From positions 2,176,001 to 2,240,000 of the forward strand of contig CBDFLJ010000001.1 in assembly GCA_965248835.1 (NCBI GenBank): DNA of 64,000 nucleotides, read 5' to 3'. Shown here one piece after another: positions 60,926 to 64,000 of the stretch. Positions within the stretch are counted from its first letter, which is position 1. Every line of letters starts with the position of its first letter. The position numbers and the translations under genes were made by a program. The DNA comes from Alphaproteobacteria bacterium (lineage in GTDB: Bacteria; Pseudomonadota; Alphaproteobacteria; MPNO01). The notes under the pieces are model-generated. The model was not told where the DNA came from. It saw nothing but the letters and a program-made list of their open reading frames with translations, and ran no database searches.

Positions 60926-61120
60926 ATGGCAACGAAAAATGCAGGGCTTCGAATCAGAGTCGAGCGCCCGCTTCGCGACATGTTCCTAGACGCGTGCCGC
61001 TCCGAAGACAAGCCTGCGGCGCAGGTGATACGCGAGTTTATGCGCGAGTATATTGCGAAGCGCCGGGCGGAAGCGCAAGGCTCGTTATTCGCCGGGGAGC
61101 CACTGAAAAAGAAACGATAA
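60926..61120 (+). CDS. Ribbon-helix-helix protein
   Basis: GLRIRVERPLRDMFLDACRSEDKPAAQVIREFMREY. Confidence 0.75.
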   Translation: MATKNAGLRIRVERPLRDMFLDACRSEDKPAAQVIREFMREYIAKRRAEAQGSLFAGEPLKKKR

Positions 61121-61124
61121 CCCT

Positions 61125-62999
61125 ATGGTAGAGCAACAACATTCGAAACAAAGGGAGCGCGTCGCGGGCGAATCGCCTTCTCTCCGCGACGAGCTTGTCG
61201 CCCAGCTCTGCCTTCTGACGCCGCAGGCGTTTACTGAAGACCGCGTCGATTTCGCGAAACTCCGCGAGATCCTCGGGGATCAAATCGATGACAGGCCGGA
61301 ACGGTTTTCGTTTACATGGGCCGGGCGGCGGGACGCCGCCGCGATACTGCAGGCCCCCACGAGCGCAACGCTGGTCCCCGATACGGATGAAAGCATCAAC
61401 TTTACGAAAGCGCAGCACGCCTTCATCGAAGGAGAAAACCTTGAGACACTCAAGGTTATCTACCGGGCATATTTCGGCCGAGTGAAGATGATCTATCTCG
61501 ACCCACCCTACAACACCGGCAATGATTTCATATACCCAGACAACTTCGCCGATCCGCTCGATCATTACCTGCGCATCACCGGACAGAAGAACGGCGACGG
61601 CGAGTACATGTCATCGGCCCCCGAGACGGGCGGGCGTTATCACTCCGCGTGGCTGTCGATGATATATCCGCGCCTTGTCATGGCGCGGCAACTCCTGGAC
61701 GAGGACGGCGTGGTCTGCGTCAGCATATCCGACCACGAGGTTGCGGCGCTCAAGTTCCTTCTCAACGAGATCTTCGGCGAGGAAAACTTCATCGCCCAGT
61801 TCGTATGGAAAAGTCGCAAGTTTCCGGACTCGCGCTCGACTATGCAGGTCTCGATCGATCATGAATACCTGCTCGCATACCGCCGCAGCCGCGAAGGTCT
61901 GTTCCGCGGCAGCGAACGCGACGAGACGAAGTTCCAGAACCCGGACGACGATCCGCGCGGCCCATGGATGAGCCGCAGCATGCTGGGGCTCGCCACGGCC
62001 GAGCAACGGCCAAATCTGCATTTCCCAATCACCGATTCCGCAACGGGCATCACGTATCAGCCGGCCGCGAACCGCGGCTGGCGGTACTCCAAAAACCGAA
62101 TGCAAAAGCTGGTCGATGAAGGATGTGTCCTGTTCCCGTCGAAACCCGATGGACGGCCGCGCGAAAAGAAATTCAAGAAGGACCTCCAGCATCAGTTCAT
62201 GGCGTTCCCGACGATTATCGACGACGTTCATACTTCGCACGGGACGGAGGAAGTCCGAGAAATTTTCGGCTTCCATGCGTTTGACTTTCCCAAGCCCGTC
62301 GAACTGTTACGCCGTTTCGTCGAACAGCTTTCCTTGGACGACGATATTGTCATGGATTTCTTCGCCGGTTCCTGTTCGACGGCCCATGCCGTCATGAAAC
62401 AGAACCGCATGGACGGCGGGCACCGCCGGTATATCTGCGTGCAGCTTCCCGAGCCAATGGACGCGGACAGCGAGACCGCGCGCCGCGGCTACAAGACCAT
62501 AAGCCAGCTCGGGCTTCACAGGATTCGCATGGCGGCGAAGATGCTCGCCGATGAGGAGAGCACGATGTTGGCCGACGGCAACGGCGATGTGGCCAATCTT
62601 GCCGTGCGCGTGTTCCGACTCGACGAATCGAATATCCGCCGCTGGATCGGCGTCGAGACCAAGGACGCCGAGGCATACGCGGAACAACTCGACGCTTTCA
62701 CCGACACCCTTGTGCCTGGCTGGAAGCCGGAGAACGTCATCTGGGAGATTGCGCTGCGCGAGGGCTACGCGCTCACCTCCGAGATCGAAAAACTCGAGCT
62801 GAATGGGCAGACCGTCTGGCGCGTGACCGATCCCGAACGCGAGCAAAACTTCCATATCTGCCTTGACGACACGCTCGGCACGGAGGTTGTTCGCACAATG
62901 GGGCTGACGCGCGACGACCTGTTCGTCTGCCGCGACGTCGCGCTCGACGACACGCTCGCCGCCAACTTGGCGCTCCAGTGCCGCCTGAAGGTCCTGTGA
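61125..62999 (+). CDS. mod: Type III R-M methyltransferase subunit
   Basis: IEGENLETLK, IYLDPPYNTG, HSAWLSMIYPRL, FDFPKP, DFFAGS. Confidence 0.93.
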   Translation: MVEQQHSKQRERVAGESPSLRDELVAQLCLLTPQAFTEDRVDFAKLREILGDQIDDRPERFSFTWAGRRDAAAILQAPTSATLVPDTDESINFTKAQHAFIEGENLETLKVIYRAYFGRVKMIYLDPPYNTGNDFIYPDNFADPLDHYLRITGQKNGDGEYMSSAPETGGRYHSAWLSMIYPRLVMARQLLDEDGVVCVSISDHEVAALKFLLNEIFGEENFIAQFVWKSRKFPDSRSTMQVSIDHEYLLAYRRSREGLFRGSERDETKFQNPDDDPRGPWMSRSMLGLATAEQRPNLHFPITDSATGITYQPAANRGWRYSKNRMQKLVDEGCVLFPSKPDGRPREKKFKKDLQHQFMAFPTIIDDVHTSHGTEEVREIFGFHAFDFPKPVELLRRFVEQLSLDDDIVMDFFAGSCSTAHAVMKQNRMDGGHRRYICVQLPEPMDADSETARRGYKTISQLGLHRIRMAAKMLADEESTMLADGNGDVANLAVRVFRLDESNIRRWIGVETKDAEAYAEQLDAFTDTLVPGWKPENVIWEIALREGYALTSEIEKLELNGQTVWRVTDPEREQNFHICLDDTLGTEVVRTMGLTRDDLFVCRDVALDDTLAANLALQCRLKVL

Positions 63000-63005
63000 G
63001 GCGCC

Positions 63006-64000
63006 ATGGAATTCCGCTTCGACGCAACGCAGGAATACCAGCTCGCAGCCATCGAAGCCGTCTGCGGTCTGCTTGAAGGGCAGGCCTATGTCCGCAGCGA
63101 GCTGATCATACCGGACAACGGCGCGTTCTCCGCGATCGCCAACCGGCTCGACTTGTCGGAGGATACGCTGCTCAAGAACCTCCATACGGTTCAGGAGGAC
63201 GCCGGGATAGAAGCCGACGACGGATTGAAGCTTATCACTGGTATGTTGCTCGACGAAGGTCCGGACGACAGGGACTCCGAGGTTCAGTTTCCAAACTTTT
63301 CCGTCGAGATGGAGACCGGGACGGGGAAGACCTATGTTTACTTGCGCACCTCGATGGAGATGTTCCGACGTTTCGGCCTGCGCAAGTTCATCATCGTCGT
63401 ACCGTCCGTGGCCGTGCGCGAGGGCGTTTACAAGGCGCTCCAGGTCACCGAAGCTCATCTCAACGCGCTCTACGACAATCCGCCGTACCGCTACTACGTC
63501 TACGATTCGGCCAATCTGAGTCAGGTGCGCCAGTTTGCGCTCTCCGACGGGCTCGAGATCATGGTCATGACCATCGACGCCTTTGCGCGCGCCGAGAACG
63601 TCATCCGCCAATCGACGGACCGGCTGCAGGGCGAGCGGCCGCTAAGCCTGATCCAGGCCAGTCGGCCCGTACTGATCCTCGATGAGCCACAGAACATGGA
63701 AAGCGAGAACCGCATTTCGGCGCTCGCCAGCCTGCACCCGTTGTTCGCGTTGCGCTACAGCGCGACGCACCGGAATCCCTACAACCTCATCTACGGTCTT
63801 ACGCCTTACGACGCCTACCGGCAGGGACTTGTTAAGCGGATCGAGGTCGCCTCAGTAATCGAAGACGTCGTTGCGCTTGAGACAACCAGAACCAGCCCTT
63901 CCTGCGCCTCGACGAGATCAAAATCCAGTCGAAGAAGCCCGCAGCGCGGCTCGGAATTCACAAGCTGATGAAAAGCGGTGCGATCAAGGAAACCGTGCTG
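63006..64000 (+). pseudogene. res: Type III R-M restriction subunit, frameshifted near 63870, runs off window
   Basis: VEMETGTGKTY, ILDEPQ, RYSATH; coding continues in another frame from 63881. Confidence 0.8.

Overview
High-GC alphaproteobacterial (Rhodospirillales-like) chromosome segment in two halves. 1-37.4 kb is mostly core: rsmA end, tenA-fdx-iscS, alpha/beta hydrolase, anmK, tyrS, yhdP-like, glnE, prfB (+1 frameshift), mrcA, secA, PPIase, argJ, mutT, an MFS/cupin/Rieske cluster, two eroded lipid-remodelling genes, pstSCAB-phoU-phoB, an arsC-aquaglyceroporin unit with no arsR but a Pho-box-like site, and tRNA-Leu(CAA). From about 37.45 kb to the end is a composite island. It holds two tandem, catalytically intact tyrosine integrases behind a ~240-nt highly structured leader, an orphan tRNA-fMet 3' att core with 11-bp arm-like repeats, a ~2,760-aa autotransporter with 19 FN3 repeats, and an SOS-boxed small Cys protein. 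It ends in a heavily deleted prophage: a dual-frame C5 methyltransferase split by a secreted ankyrin gene, a lambda-like cos with a 15-copy GGTTACCAC/IHF array, two amino-methyltransferases, tail tip and lysis genes, followed by a Type III R-M locus with a frameshifted res. FN3 adhesin plus secreted ankyrin suggests a host-associated (e.g. sponge) symbiont, which is inference. All family assignments come from motifs read by eye; no database search was run.
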